A program made the position numbers and the translations under genes. A stretch of 18,893 nucleotides of DNA from Fidelibacterota bacterium (lineage in GTDB: Bacteria > Fidelibacterota > Marinisomatia > Marinisomatales > TCS56): assembly GCA_043822705.1 (NCBI GenBank), contig JBDRBK010000189.1, positions 1 to 18,893 on the forward strand, given 5' to 3'. This document shows positions 12,201-16,946 of this stretch, one piece after another (positions within the stretch are counted from its first letter, which is position 1; each line of letters begins with the position of its first letter). The notes under the pieces are model-generated. The model did no database searches and was not told the DNA's origin. It saw only the letters and a list, made by a program, of their open reading frames with translations.

Positions 12201-15200
12201 AATCCAACGCTTAATTTTTGTCTATTGACGGGTAATTCGGAATATGCCCTGGCGGCCCATGATGGTTTTCCGGTCCTTGTGAATACGACAATTGCCGGCA
12301 ATCAAGGCGGTGTTTCCATTGGCGGCAACTGTACGGTCACTTTACGCAACAGTATTGTCAGTCATAACGTCAATTCAACCAATGGCGGTTCGATAGCGGC
12401 TACCTATTCCGATATTCGTGGGCTTGGTTTGAGCACCAACGGCAACATCGATGCCGATCCTCTGTTTGTCGATTCGAATAATGGTGATTACAGCCTGCGG
12501 TTGCTGAGTCCCTGTGTCGACACCGGTGATCCGGCCGACCTGCCGCTTGATCCCGATGGTTCCCGTCGCGACATGGGCGCATTGCCGTTGTTCCGGATTT
12601 TCGTCAGCGGTCCCACCGACGGCAATATTGAAGTAGATGCGGATTCCATTGTGGTAATCAATGGTGATGTGACAATCAGCAGCGGCGACTCCCTGATTGT
12701 CAGTCCCGGGGCTACGCTCTACATGTCCAGTGGCGTAACCGTTACGATTGAAGGTATTCTGAAAGCGCTGGGACAGCCGAATGCACCGATTCGATTTGTT
12801 GCCCTGCGACCAGGTGAAAAGTTTAAAGGTATTATCCTGCAATTGAATGCGCCGGGGCTGCGGGCCGTCGCGGAATATTCCTACCTGGTGATATCCGATG
12901 TTGCTGACGGGTCGGTCCCGCTGACCGTCAATGGCGACGCTATATTCAACCACATTACCATTGCCGGCAACGATCTATCCCAGCCCTCACTGGTAGCCAA
13001 CGGTACGGTTGCGTTGAATTATTCCTTGCTGGAGAGCAGTATCGGCGGAACCGGAACAGTCACCAATACCGGTTCAATTGTCGCCGAAACCGACCATCTG
13101 GTCGATCCGGCCAATGGCGATTTTAATCTGGTGGCCACTTCTACCGCCATTGATGTCGGCGCCGCAGAGGCGGGTACGCGCATCGACCTGGATTACAGCT
13201 ACACCGATGCGGGCGCCTACTACCACGACCAATCGGCCTACCCGGTGGATTCGGCGGTGGTAATCTATCCGGCATTTGGTGAAACAATTCTGGTTAGTCC
13301 GGACACCAGTTCGATAACCGGTGTCATAACCGATTTACAACTGTTCAATGAATACGGGCGCTATAAGACCAATGCGACCGTTGCCTGGGCGGAAGATACT
13401 CATAATGGCTATTTCCCCACTACTCCCACCAATACCACCAGTCTGGAAGGAATAGTATCAAATACCTTCTTGACCAATACGGTGGCCGATTCACCAAACT
13501 GGTACCGGGTTAATGTGGACGGAGTATTGGCGCAAAGCGGTGTTTATATGGTGGTGCCCGGCGTCCCCGATTCGGTCCTGATCTTTGCCAACGCTGATAC
13601 CACCATCACCCAGCTGGATACGGTGACAATTGCCGTCGACGTCCACGACCAGTTCTCAAATCTGGTCAGCGACGGTGAAACGGTCAACTGGACGATCCAG
13701 CCTGTGACCGGCAACGTGGACGGTTTCTATTTAGTCGAAAATCCGACCACTACGGTAGCTGGTATCGCCACGGTTCAACTGGCCACCAATCCCAATTCAG
13801 CCCTGCTGGTCGGGGATGGCATTACAGTGCAGGCCGAATCCAATAGTGCCACGTTAGTCAGCCGGCAGATCAATGTCATTACGGATCAAATATTTATGCT
13901 GACCCTGGACGATCAACTGACCCAGACGCCGCTGGAAATCAACGCCGATCTGCATCAGATCGAACTGAGCACGACCCTGGTAGACACTTTCGGCAATCCA
14001 TTGTCTGGTGTCGATGTCAACTGGTCGGTAACCGGCACCAGCAGCCCGGACTGGAGCTTCAGCAGCGCCACCACCCAGACTGATTTCAATGGTGTCGCCA
14101 CCACCACCCTGACAACCGGAACCGTCAGCGGCTACGAGTACCAGGTGATCAGCGAGGTCACGGGACCGTCGCTGGTGCGGGCTTTGCGCAAACTGGTGGC
14201 ATCCCGGCGGGCGCTCGATACCGATATACTCGACATCAATCTGTCATTACCGACAACATTCAAGGATCTGGATGACACCACGGCTGCAATCGTGATTGTT
14301 CCCGGTGCGCCGAATACCATCACCGCGGACGATGCAGACACGGTTTATGTGGTCCAGAGTCAGGTTGATACGCTCACGATCAACGCCTGGGATGCTTTTG
14401 GCAATCTCGTGTCCGATGGCAGCGTCGTCGACTGGAATATCACTTCCGAAGGCGGGTTCGCAATCACTAGTCAGATTAACTCGATCGGTGACGGAACGGC
14501 CGAGCTGGTTTTAGCCGTCGATGTTAGCGCAGTCTGGCTGGCAAAGATCGATATAGATATCGAGGTGCACTCGGTATTTGATGCCAGTGCGGCCCAGAGG
14601 AAAATCGTTTACATCGTGGAAGACTACATTGCCCCGGCGGCAGTCACCAATCTGGCGGTTGCCCCGGCGGTCTGGACCTCTACTAACGATTTCACCCTGA
14701 CCTGGACCAATCCCAATGAACATTCCGGCGTAGCCGGCGCCCATTTTGACGTTGATGAAGGAACGCCAATCTATGTGACCGACACCGAAATAACTACCCT
14801 GACCGGCGTAACCCTGCCGGCCAATGAAATTGGGACCATCCGGGTCTGGCTGCAGGACAATGCCGACAATAGTGATGTGGCCAACGCCGTGGCGATCAAC
14901 GCCAAATGGGACAACACGCCACCGGCTGGTTTCGGCCTGTTATATCCGGCCAATAATAGTTGGATGCAAATCGATCGTCAGGAAATCGATTGGAATGCTT
15001 CTTCCGACGCGACTGCCGGATTAAAGGAATACCGTCTGGTTCTGGATGGCAACCCGATTATTCTACCACCGGACGTGGTCGAATATGCATTTAGCGCCGG
15101 CCCCAGCGAGGGCAGCCATATCTATACGGTTTTCGCCGTGGACAGCGCCGGCAATGAAACCCAATTGAACGCCGGCCCGATCACATTCAATGTGGACTTC

Positions 15201-16868
15201 ACGGCGCCTGCTATCACCCATAACCAGACCCAGGAAGGCAATGCCAACCAGGCGGTGACGATCGCCGCCACCTTCCAGGATCCGGCTTCAGGCGTGGTCC
15301 GCTCTGAGCTGTATTACCGCAAGGGCGGCGAGATGAGCTGGCAGTCACCGGTCAACATCAGCAGCGGCGCTTATTCCATCGCCTCTGCCTTTGTGACCTC
15401 GGCCGGTGTCGAGTATTACCTCGAAGCTGAAGACCTGTCCGGCAATATTGCCCGCCGGCCGGCCAGCGGATTCTACTCCATTTCGGTAACTATCAGCGGG
15501 TCCGGCCTCTCCAGCACCAAGGAATGGCCGACGGGTGTTCCCAACGGCACTTCGGTTGCCAGCTACCAGTTAATTTCGTTCCCGGGTCTGGCCGCCAACA
15601 ATACACCTACTGATATCCTGGTGAATGCGCAGGCCTCCAACTGGGGCGCCTACAACAATACCAAGTGGCGTTTCTATTCCTACAGCGCCCAGGAATGGGT
15701 TGAATTCGCCGGAATTACGGAGGTTGTGCCGGGTGCCGGCTACTTCCTGATTATCAAGGATGCCGGCAAGAATATTGTTACGGGGCAGACCAGTTCGGTC
15801 GTTACCGGGCAGCCCTTTAGCATCAGCCTGACCGGGGGCGAGTGGAAAGTCATCGGCAACCCCTTCGATTTCGAGATTCCGCTCCAGAACGTCTACGATC
15901 AGGATACGGTGTCGGTCGCCGGTAGCGGTAATTTCTATGCCTGGGAAGGAGACTGGGTCCAGGCCACCAAACTTGAACCCTGGCGCGGCTATATCTATAA
16001 ATCTGCTGGCAGCGGTCAGTTGTTCGTTAACCCGCGCAAGGCTAACGGCGGCACGGCAAAAATCGTGTCCCGCGAGATTGCCAGCCTGGAAGAAGACGAG
16101 TGGCTGATCGATATCAGCGCCCGCAATGGTGTTCTCAAGGATACCGGAAACCGGGTCGGCGTGCTGCGGCGTGCCACCGATACCTACGATGACTGGGATC
16201 GGTTCGAACCGCCCACGATTCCCGGCGGAATTTCGCTACGGATCGATAACCGGGACTGGGCTGAAAACGGCGATCTCTATGCCACCGATATTCGCACAGT
16301 TAATCTGGAAGGCCGGTTCTGGGATCTGGAACTGGTCGCCTCCGACGTAAATTACAATGTCAACGTGACTTTCGACGGACTGGAAGGCCTGCCCGCCGAA
16401 TTTGACGTGTTCCTGGTGGATGTATCCCTGGGAATCGCGAAGAACCTACGCTGGCAGCCCGGCTACCAGTATGCGATCGCCAGCGAAAACTCGACCCACC
16501 AGTTGCGGTTGCTTGCTGGCACCAGGGAATTTGTCCAGGAAAATAACGCCGGAGTCGATCTCTATCCCGAGTCCTACAGCCTCAGCCAGAACTTCCCCAA
16601 CCCGTTCAATCCCAAGACGACGATTCTGATCGCGATCGAGGAAGACGCCTATGTCGATCTGGTGATTTACAATCTGTTAGGTGAAGTAGTACGCACGATG
16701 GCCAGCAACGAACTGCTGCCGTCCGGGTACTACAATTTCATCTGGCAGGGCAAGAATAACAATGGCGAGCGTGTTGCCAGCGGAATCTACTTCTACACCA
16801 GCAGGATCAAATCGCCGGACGGCAAAATGCTGTTGAATAAGACCAGAAAAATGATTCTGGTGAAATAA
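111..16868 (+). CDS. Giant (~5585 aa) multidomain secreted surface protein/adhesin with T9SS type-A/FlgD-Ig-like C-terminal sorting domain
   Basis: Uninterrupted ORF 69..16868 ending at TAA 16866-16868. ATG 111 gives a canonical signal peptide (MKTKIADRKRTTKK / FNYQAITVFILACFILPVAWG / Q), whereas the 14 aa from ATG 69 add nothing recognisable. Delta-60, FN3, beta-helix, Ig and CTD motifs occur along its length. Confidence 0.95.
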   Translation: MKTKIADRKRTTKKFNYQAITVFILACFILPVAWGQLPNEIIDKTFDGDGLVTTNLSSGNDVGYASVIQPDGKIVVAGKTSTGTGDEFVVARYNQNGSLDNTFGTSGYVTTDVSSVGDEAWAVALQSDGKIVVAGYSKYATWCEYGVVRYNSDGSLDTSFDSDGIVTTSVNVGSGWGYIYSVAIQEDGKIIIAGSSPSATGNQDITLVRYNSNGSLDTSFDTDGIVTANITGAEVAHGIAIQADGKIVVGGYSSTDKEFLVLRYNNDGLLDTGFGSSGIFETSFGYGLVNANALALQEDGKIILVGSVYTGTNMDCATVRFTTAGALDNTFDGDGLATVDFNNGSDYGEGVAVQGDGKIVVAAAAFNGSAYKFGIVRYLTNGSLDQGFADYGKKMTSLGTYTYEDWPHAVSLQDDGKIVVAGHSTNGSDDDFSLVRYTGATMLQPDLGNEYTDGQQGIPLSTTWEDLRHQSLYLASELTAVGIPAWSKITAIEIIPSTVPAINLDNFRVAYNTTANTSFNDFINTNVIYGPINHSTSDFTSMEWFKMDIEDVVWNGTDNLVFEFSHDNSSYSGGGGVYLRQTNASNRVALGYTDSYNGPYPFVGLSWTGDTRVVALRVQYEPVNVLSPSNLVLTAGDSKIDLDWDVSNDGDLSEYLIFRGTTANNLVRIDSVNSGTTTYTDSDLNNGTTYYYGVKAKNSNAELSEFTNIENAIPEYAGPKNITVANSDTRVTLNWEAPGGTLAAYYIYRGTAANPTTAIDSIVTGSPLPAYYFDDELENNTAFYYRLRVKFGDGSYSSYSPNYIATPGIYALVVDGNIGNWADIRPIHNDPVGDAGYADIDSVKFNADGFYLYGAVVTNSDLSSDLLDIYFDTDFNASTGMPESGIGADYKLTISPWGTDEFLFRNEFNNWKADGDADFNVVSSNGNCFHEFSIHLDELDGPDSLRFYLSTSSGDKAPNTGYLVYQMDPNDAPRKFFAATGDTKASLNWAADNSSGYAKYLVYRGAAVDPTSLVATITGGTPLQSFYLDTDLTNGQTYYYRVRAQYSDDSYSDYTENILVKPNIYSLPVDGLIGNWTNIRPLYRDIVGDVDNADIDSVKIYASDTKLTGYVVTNDDLVWGEVFIYIDTDFNSTTGSPGNNIGAEYQLRISLSSGDVFRYWSGGNWQESGNTDFSVVHSNSNRFHEFSVSLNFLDQADSLRLYYQTNYDGYKDYAPEDGYYLVYNTTKVAPDAPTGLTTLADSAQVTLRWSANDPAKLHKYNIYRGTSIPATTLIDSLVAASPPDTVYLNTGLVNGTTYYFAVSAVDSTGRESERSKEVMSTPNRYHEQLAELLLTNTSFAPENDAGYPFSTTYSDVKHQSLYWAQDFSEAGIPAGAWFSSLELKPSTVTIEIKDFRLALGATNDTELSNFVDLEDSVVHGPTTYNQSEFTDDSWKRFGITPYQWDGASNMILEASQDGDFWFSNPGGVHIRQVDGTRGRRGGNDYSVYPFGNMSWTAPEDKVLALRIAYSPIEPVSNFTATPGHQQIYLTWTAPQSGTVAEYIVYSGTSTSTLEPAGTTTGTSFTVTGLTNQTLYYVGVQVKSSIGEYSSVALDQVMPAWIGPNWYVDAVSGVVGAEGSPEKPVKTIRGGIAIAGIGDTVLVLPGTYKENNDQYIRFAVDNGSGGYAVKNLVLKSRDGTATTIIDGEYTGTSGKRLFEIIDDTDTTTQVVGFTIKNGYSTDSNYGSAITVNWNSEIVFKNCIIENNRSTVGSAIRVVDNAQAWFRDCIIRNNVHSTTSNWADIGAIFISNGGDIYLNRCQVINNSITSTSSGARGAGVYIGWSDGNKLRAVNTLFAGNTLSGFGEVNGSALYVEKGDVSLINCTIANNQSQQNAIVMQDGYLTIFNSIIYGNIPAVGQINVSYQNVLTAISYSLIQNENPLDFDGGMLNVDPEFTSGYALHDRSLAIGRGALSGSDAYGLNINAPTVDLAGSVRPNPGGSNPDMGVYENVLAITPYPAPPKNLDPTPLHKAVYLVWNMSDSTDVVKYYVYQSNDSTNWAPVDTVTGRENTQTVIPGLTNKTSYWFAVTSVDGDDYESSKAFSQRVIPEYQGPVWYVDAVNGALGAEGSSEQPMRRIKEGITRAAISGDTVLVLPGRYREDDDQYLNFAYDSNSDGNYDGPKNIVLLARGGSDSTHIDGEGHARLFEFTHGQDTTSKVIGFHIVNAGANGAWQEGSAITINNSSKVVFRNCVIDSSSANETPAVFVSNSAQAWFSGSTISDNENISINFNDNRGGAIAVASSGRLYLNRCSVINNNVTTNGGWARGGAIYLFNESGNYVRAVNCVIADNTANSNGGGGGGGAIYAETGEVRLINATVVNNSADDGAALWLGNGIKLTIFNSIVYNNEPYSGQLMFGGSYSRKVTYSILEGVNTSNYGIGVFNEDPKLDGYALSDRSPAIGAGAASSVDNTGATVLAPTVDITGAARPQPTVSSPDLGAYENIWNTTPYPDPVSGLTVTARDERVLLNWDASTHIGLSHYVVYQSTLPGFMPQPADSIARVEQPATGYTAGGLTNGTTYYYLVSAVDTAGRASEFLNELNATPNQYNQQIVELLHTNPASNPTNDTGYPFNTGSFTDVRHQSLYWQEDLLDAGIPANAWITGIDLKPSAITGQAKDLRLGIAFPGLTMDEFYSWQNVNIVFGPRYYDNTTLTANQWERFNVNAFQWTGTTNWLLEYTHDNDFTSGSDGGAWLRQVNSTRGRRGAVDGWAYPFVGGMNDNEDDKVLAVRLVYSTLAPVTALVTDPGHRQVTLSWNYTGTADKYLVYSGPAGEAPVLVDSTTGTTITISDLTNGNEYVFAIQVKNGVNYSGLVTIDAVPKYEGPVWYVDIDAAGSGTLYEGSIDDPATNIRSVILNSNNGDTILVKPGTYSGNDNRDLDFQEVPTGMPAPSPVRSLVLMGEKGADSTIIDLSGAGVTERKLLLISSNEGPATKIQGLTVINGSVDHGVIDVQNGNLTIEDCVFRNNNNYTIEFPIVLFGGINAMVRIDRCLFTGNTSGSAGVIMADRVDIRNSIFYNNSARVGAAIYWDPAPGKMSVINCLFLNNTSNESGGAMYISPSENNYSVVNSIFWDNVSTTGYEPDIADNHSNVHYCVVKNPERFPADNFGFDPQIPGRALGDFSLTEYSPAIGIGTSSYFDYFTGGMQPIPATDYLGNARPRPEESNPDLGPIEHDNAIQRYWVYQVATTGNDANDGITAPFKTIQCAINQTVDKDTIEVAAGTYSGTGNFGLDFSGRNIVLRSANGPDMTIIDGGPAFSLSNGEPATAMVIGFTLQSGNVVDNDGGAIQLTNAAAPTFRNLKLVNNTANGRGGAIFAQNSTAKFINCLIIQNNGGNGGAAYLDGGAVEFIHCTIADNNAQNDVGIASRGGNHLVLNSILWNNYDLASEIGPDGVSDAGITVEYSNVLGGYSGDGNISLRPGFVNGYKLADWSPMIGKADTARFTAFDYEMKARTVSDTTWPDLGAYENAQRTADLAGYSSQNWYVSTSGNNDNPGTQVAPFMTIQRGTDFVLYADTVFVQTGNYQENITVKDRPVAIKAPAGAVIDGGAGGTVLTCLNGGANSAYFEGLTIRNGLAGYGGGVRLNNTSATFDNCAITGNTASSSSGGGLWAYTNDSSAVYTLNLIETDITGNSAPAGGAGGFSVLDYRVTIRNCEISANSASGYAGFVLRGGLSDMDMSDCRIVNNQADQFGAGGGITNSATAQIAQTLISGNVANLSNADWYSGGLSVWDAADVDIVNCTFADNVAHHGGGLTVGGGGIARVSNSIFWGNTPDQIALDEWSTLGGNLTISYSIVEGGDTGIAKSESSNLIWAQGNRTGDPAFRGDDYGLLARSAAINGGHPDSTDSDGTRLDMGYLPYLTTNTEPYWHVDAASGSDEDGQGTAAAPFASVQAGVNFAVTNDTVLVAQGNYLENVEFRDYDLALIGEGYETVIDGGGSYPAVAVMGTYFTNATLIKNLSLINGSPTLGNLHVIGCSPVLENLWLREGQIGLYTYDGNPTLNFCLLTGNSEYALAAHDGFPVLVNTTIAGNQGGVSIGGNCTVTLRNSIVSHNVNSTNGGSIAATYSDIRGLGLSTNGNIDADPLFVDSNNGDYSLRLLSPCVDTGDPADLPLDPDGSRRDMGALPLFRIFVSGPTDGNIEVDADSIVVINGDVTISSGDSLIVSPGATLYMSSGVTVTIEGILKALGQPNAPIRFVALRPGEKFKGIILQLNAPGLRAVAEYSYLVISDVADGSVPLTVNGDAIFNHITIAGNDLSQPSLVANGTVALNYSLLESSIGGTGTVTNTGSIVAETDHLVDPANGDFNLVATSTAIDVGAAEAGTRIDLDYSYTDAGAYYHDQSAYPVDSAVVIYPAFGETILVSPDTSSITGVITDLQLFNEYGRYKTNATVAWAEDTHNGYFPTTPTNTTSLEGIVSNTFLTNTVADSPNWYRVNVDGVLAQSGVYMVVPGVPDSVLIFANADTTITQLDTVTIAVDVHDQFSNLVSDGETVNWTIQPVTGNVDGFYLVENPTTTVAGIATVQLATNPNSALLVGDGITVQAESNSATLVSRQINVITDQIFMLTLDDQLTQTPLEINADLHQIELSTTLVDTFGNPLSGVDVNWSVTGTSSPDWSFSSATTQTDFNGVATTTLTTGTVSGYEYQVISEVTGPSLVRALRKLVASRRALDTDILDINLSLPTTFKDLDDTTAAIVIVPGAPNTITADDADTVYVVQSQVDTLTINAWDAFGNLVSDGSVVDWNITSEGGFAITSQINSIGDGTAELVLAVDVSAVWLAKIDIDIEVHSVFDASAAQRKIVYIVEDYIAPAAVTNLAVAPAVWTSTNDFTLTWTNPNEHSGVAGAHFDVDEGTPIYVTDTEITTLTGVTLPANEIGTIRVWLQDNADNSDVANAVAINAKWDNTPPAGFGLLYPANNSWMQIDRQEIDWNASSDATAGLKEYRLVLDGNPIILPPDVVEYAFSAGPSEGSHIYTVFAVDSAGNETQLNAGPITFNVDFTAPAITHNQTQEGNANQAVTIAATFQDPASGVVRSELYYRKGGEMSWQSPVNISSGAYSIASAFVTSAGVEYYLEAEDLSGNIARRPASGFYSISVTISGSGLSSTKEWPTGVPNGTSVASYQLISFPGLAANNTPTDILVNAQASNWGAYNNTKWRFYSYSAQEWVEFAGITEVVPGAGYFLIIKDAGKNIVTGQTSSVVTGQPFSISLTGGEWKVIGNPFDFEIPLQNVYDQDTVSVAGSGNFYAWEGDWVQATKLEPWRGYIYKSAGSGQLFVNPRKANGGTAKIVSREIASLEEDEWLIDISARNGVLKDTGNRVGVLRRATDTYDDWDRFEPPTIPGGISLRIDNRDWAENGDLYATDIRTVNLEGRFWDLELVASDVNYNVNVTFDGLEGLPAEFDVFLVDVSLGIAKNLRWQPGYQYAIASENSTHQLRLLAGTREFVQENNAGVDLYPESYSLSQNFPNPFNPKTTILIAIEEDAYVDLVIYNLLGEVVRTMASNELLPSGYYNFIWQGKNNNGERVASGIYFYTSRIKSPDGKMLLNKTRKMILVK
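234..1427 (+). repeat. Seven Delta-60-type repeats (~56 aa), probable 7-bladed beta-propeller
   Basis: Seven copies of Q-x-D-G-K-I-[VI]-[VIL] (near 315, 486, 663, 834, 999, 1170, 1347), each followed by [VL]-R-[YF]. Six continue into G-x-L-D-x-x-F; an equivalent IDKTFDGDG segment opens the domain. Confidence 0.9.
1434..1970 (+). repeat. Unnamed ~180-aa domain ('HQSLY' domain), copy 1 of 3
   Basis: GIPLSTTWEDLRHQSLY..GIPA..YGP..W..WNGTDN..GGVYLRQ..YPF..VVALRVQY aligns by eye with copies 2 and 3. Confidence 0.8.
1983..2531 (+). repeat. Two tandem fibronectin type III domains
   Basis: P-x-N-[LI]..L-x-W..Y-x-I-[FY]-R-G..D-x-x-L-x-N-x-T-x-[YF]-Y-Y pattern occurs twice. Confidence 0.85.
2532..2990 (+). 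repeat. DOMON-like/CBM9-like domain, copy 1 of 2
   Basis: VDGNIGNW..DPVGD..ADIDSVK..LYGAV..IYFDTDFNASTG..IGADY..HEFSI..D-x-A-P resembles the DOMON-like carbohydrate-binding fold. Family assignment is by eye. Confidence 0.6.
3021..3296 (+). repeat. Fibronectin type III domain
   Basis: APRKF..ASLNW..YLVYRG..DTDLTNGQTYYYRVRA. Confidence 0.85.
3297..3760 (+). repeat. DOMON-like/CBM9-like domain, copy 2 of 2
   Basis: VDGLIGNW..DIVGD..ADIDSVK..IYIDTDFNSTTG..IGAEY..HEFSV..DYAP; the DTD motif is 765 nt downstream of that in copy 1. Confidence 0.6.
3795..4076 (+). repeat. Fibronectin type III domain
   Basis: APDAPTGL..VTLRW..YNIYRG..GLVNGTTYYFAVSAVD..ES..S. Confidence 0.9.
4089..4640 (+). repeat. 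Unnamed 'HQSLY' domain, copy 2 of 3
   Basis: NDAGYPFSTTYSDVKHQSLYW..AGIPA..LKPS..HGP..WKRF..QWDG..IRQVDGTRGRRG..YPF..EDKVLALRIAYS. Confidence 0.8.
4641..4904 (+). repeat. Fibronectin type III domain
   Basis: PVSNFTATPGHQQIYLTW..YIVYSG..GLTNQTLYYVGVQVK. Confidence 0.85.
4923..6074 (+). repeat. Right-handed parallel beta-helix module 1 (DUF1565-like N-cap, choice-of-anchor-Q-like C-cap)
   Basis: WYVD..EGS..PVKTI..GDTVLVLPGTY N-cap; FKNCIIENN/FRDCIIRNN/LINCTIANN rungs; DPEF..L..RS-x-AIG..DMGVYE C-cap. Confidence 0.85.
6099..6371 (+). repeat. Fibronectin type III domain
   Basis: PAPPKNL..VYLVW..YYVYQS..GLTNKTSYWFAVTSVD..ES. Confidence 0.85.
6390..7547 (+). repeat. Parallel beta-helix module 2
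   Basis: WYVDAVNG..GDTVLVLPGRY..GGAI x3..LSDRSPAIG..DLGAYE; close paralog of module 1. Confidence 0.85.
7572..7853 (+). repeat. Fibronectin type III domain
   Basis: PDPVSGL..VLLNW..YVVYQS..GLTNGTTYYYLVSAVD. Confidence 0.9.
7866..8420 (+). repeat. Unnamed 'HQSLY' domain, copy 3 of 3
   Basis: NDTGYPFNTGSFTDVRHQSLYW..AGIPA..LKPS..FGP..WERF..QWTG..LRQVNSTRGRRG..YPF..DDKVLAVRLVYS. Confidence 0.8.
8424..8675 (+). repeat. Fibronectin type III domain
   Basis: PVTALVTDPGHRQVTLSW..YLVYSG..DLTNGNEYVFAIQVK; paralog of the FN3 at 4641. Confidence 0.85.
8694..12587 (+). repeat. Four directly tandem parallel beta-helix modules 3-6 (8694-9731, 9756-10613, 10659-11786, 11814-12587)
   Basis: Each starts with an aromatic-x-V N-cap (WYVD, YQVA, WYVS, WHVD) plus G..P-x-x-x-[IV] and D-T-[IV]-x-V-x-x-G-x-Y. 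They end in DLGPIE, DLGAYE, DMGYLP and DMGALP. GGA[IM]/GGG and I-x-x-N rungs lie inside. Confidence 0.85.
12609..13223 (+). repeat. Short, divergent beta-helix module 7
   Basis: GDVTI..LIVSPGATL..G-x-L-x-A-x-G..PIRF N-terminal type; DPANGDFNL..STAIDVG..DAGAYY C-cap. Confidence 0.6.
13245..14630 (+). repeat. Stalk of about four invasin/Big_1-like Ig domains
   Basis: Recurring D-x-F-[GS]-N-x-[VL]..V-x-W (HDQFSNLVSDGETVNW, VDTFGNPLSGVDVNW, WDAFGNLVSDGSVVDW; divergent FNEYGRY..VAW) followed by T-T/G-x-A strands. Confidence 0.65.
14631..15500 (+). other. About three further FN3/Ig-like domains
   Basis: D-x-x-[AP]-P boundaries (DYIAP, DNTPP, DFTAP) and A-x-D-x-x-G-N-type hairpins (LQDNADN, AVDSAGN, AEDLSGN); WNASSD..GLKEYRL. 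Confidence 0.6.
16566..16865 (+). other. C-terminal T9SS type-A sorting / FlgD-Ig-like domain
   Basis: YSLSQNFPNPFNPKTTI..VDLVIYNLLGEVVRT..WQGKNNNGERVASGIYFY..RKMILVK* matches the YPNP / IY-x-x-x-G / G-x-Y / K-x-x-x-x-K CTD signature. Confidence 0.9.
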
Positions 16869-16891
16869 CCGGATTTATTAATCAGTCGCTG

Positions 16892-16914
16892 GAGGGCAGG
16901 CTCAGCCTGCCCTC
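16892..16914 (+). terminator. GC-rich stem-loop after the giant gene (weak terminator or mRNA-stabilising hairpin)
   Basis: GAGGGCAGGCT-C-AGCCTGCCCTC is a perfect 11-bp inverted repeat 23 nt after the stop. It is followed only by TTCGCTT, with no proper U-tract. Confidence 0.55.
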
Positions 16915-16946
16915 TTCGCTTAAATCAACCTGAAATGGGGATTGAC

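Noticed and set aside
234..13223. CRISPR array, DGR template/variable repeats or recent exact DNA repeats
   Set aside because: The repeats are protein-level with many synonymous differences. I saw no identical spaced repeats, no adenine-specific mismatch pair and no reverse transcriptase, cas or transposase gene.
445..16629. Numerous 60-280 aa alternative-frame and antisense ORFs inside the giant gene (e.g. 7620..8462, 3183..3884, 9705..10328)
   Set aside because: All are nested in a motif-rich CDS and show no recognisable domains; they are consistent with shadow ORFs.
16935..16946. ATG 16935 as FecR start
   Set aside because: These bases contain the likely Shine-Dalgarno (GGGGA) for GTG 16947, which yields a typical MKR-hydrophobic signal peptide.
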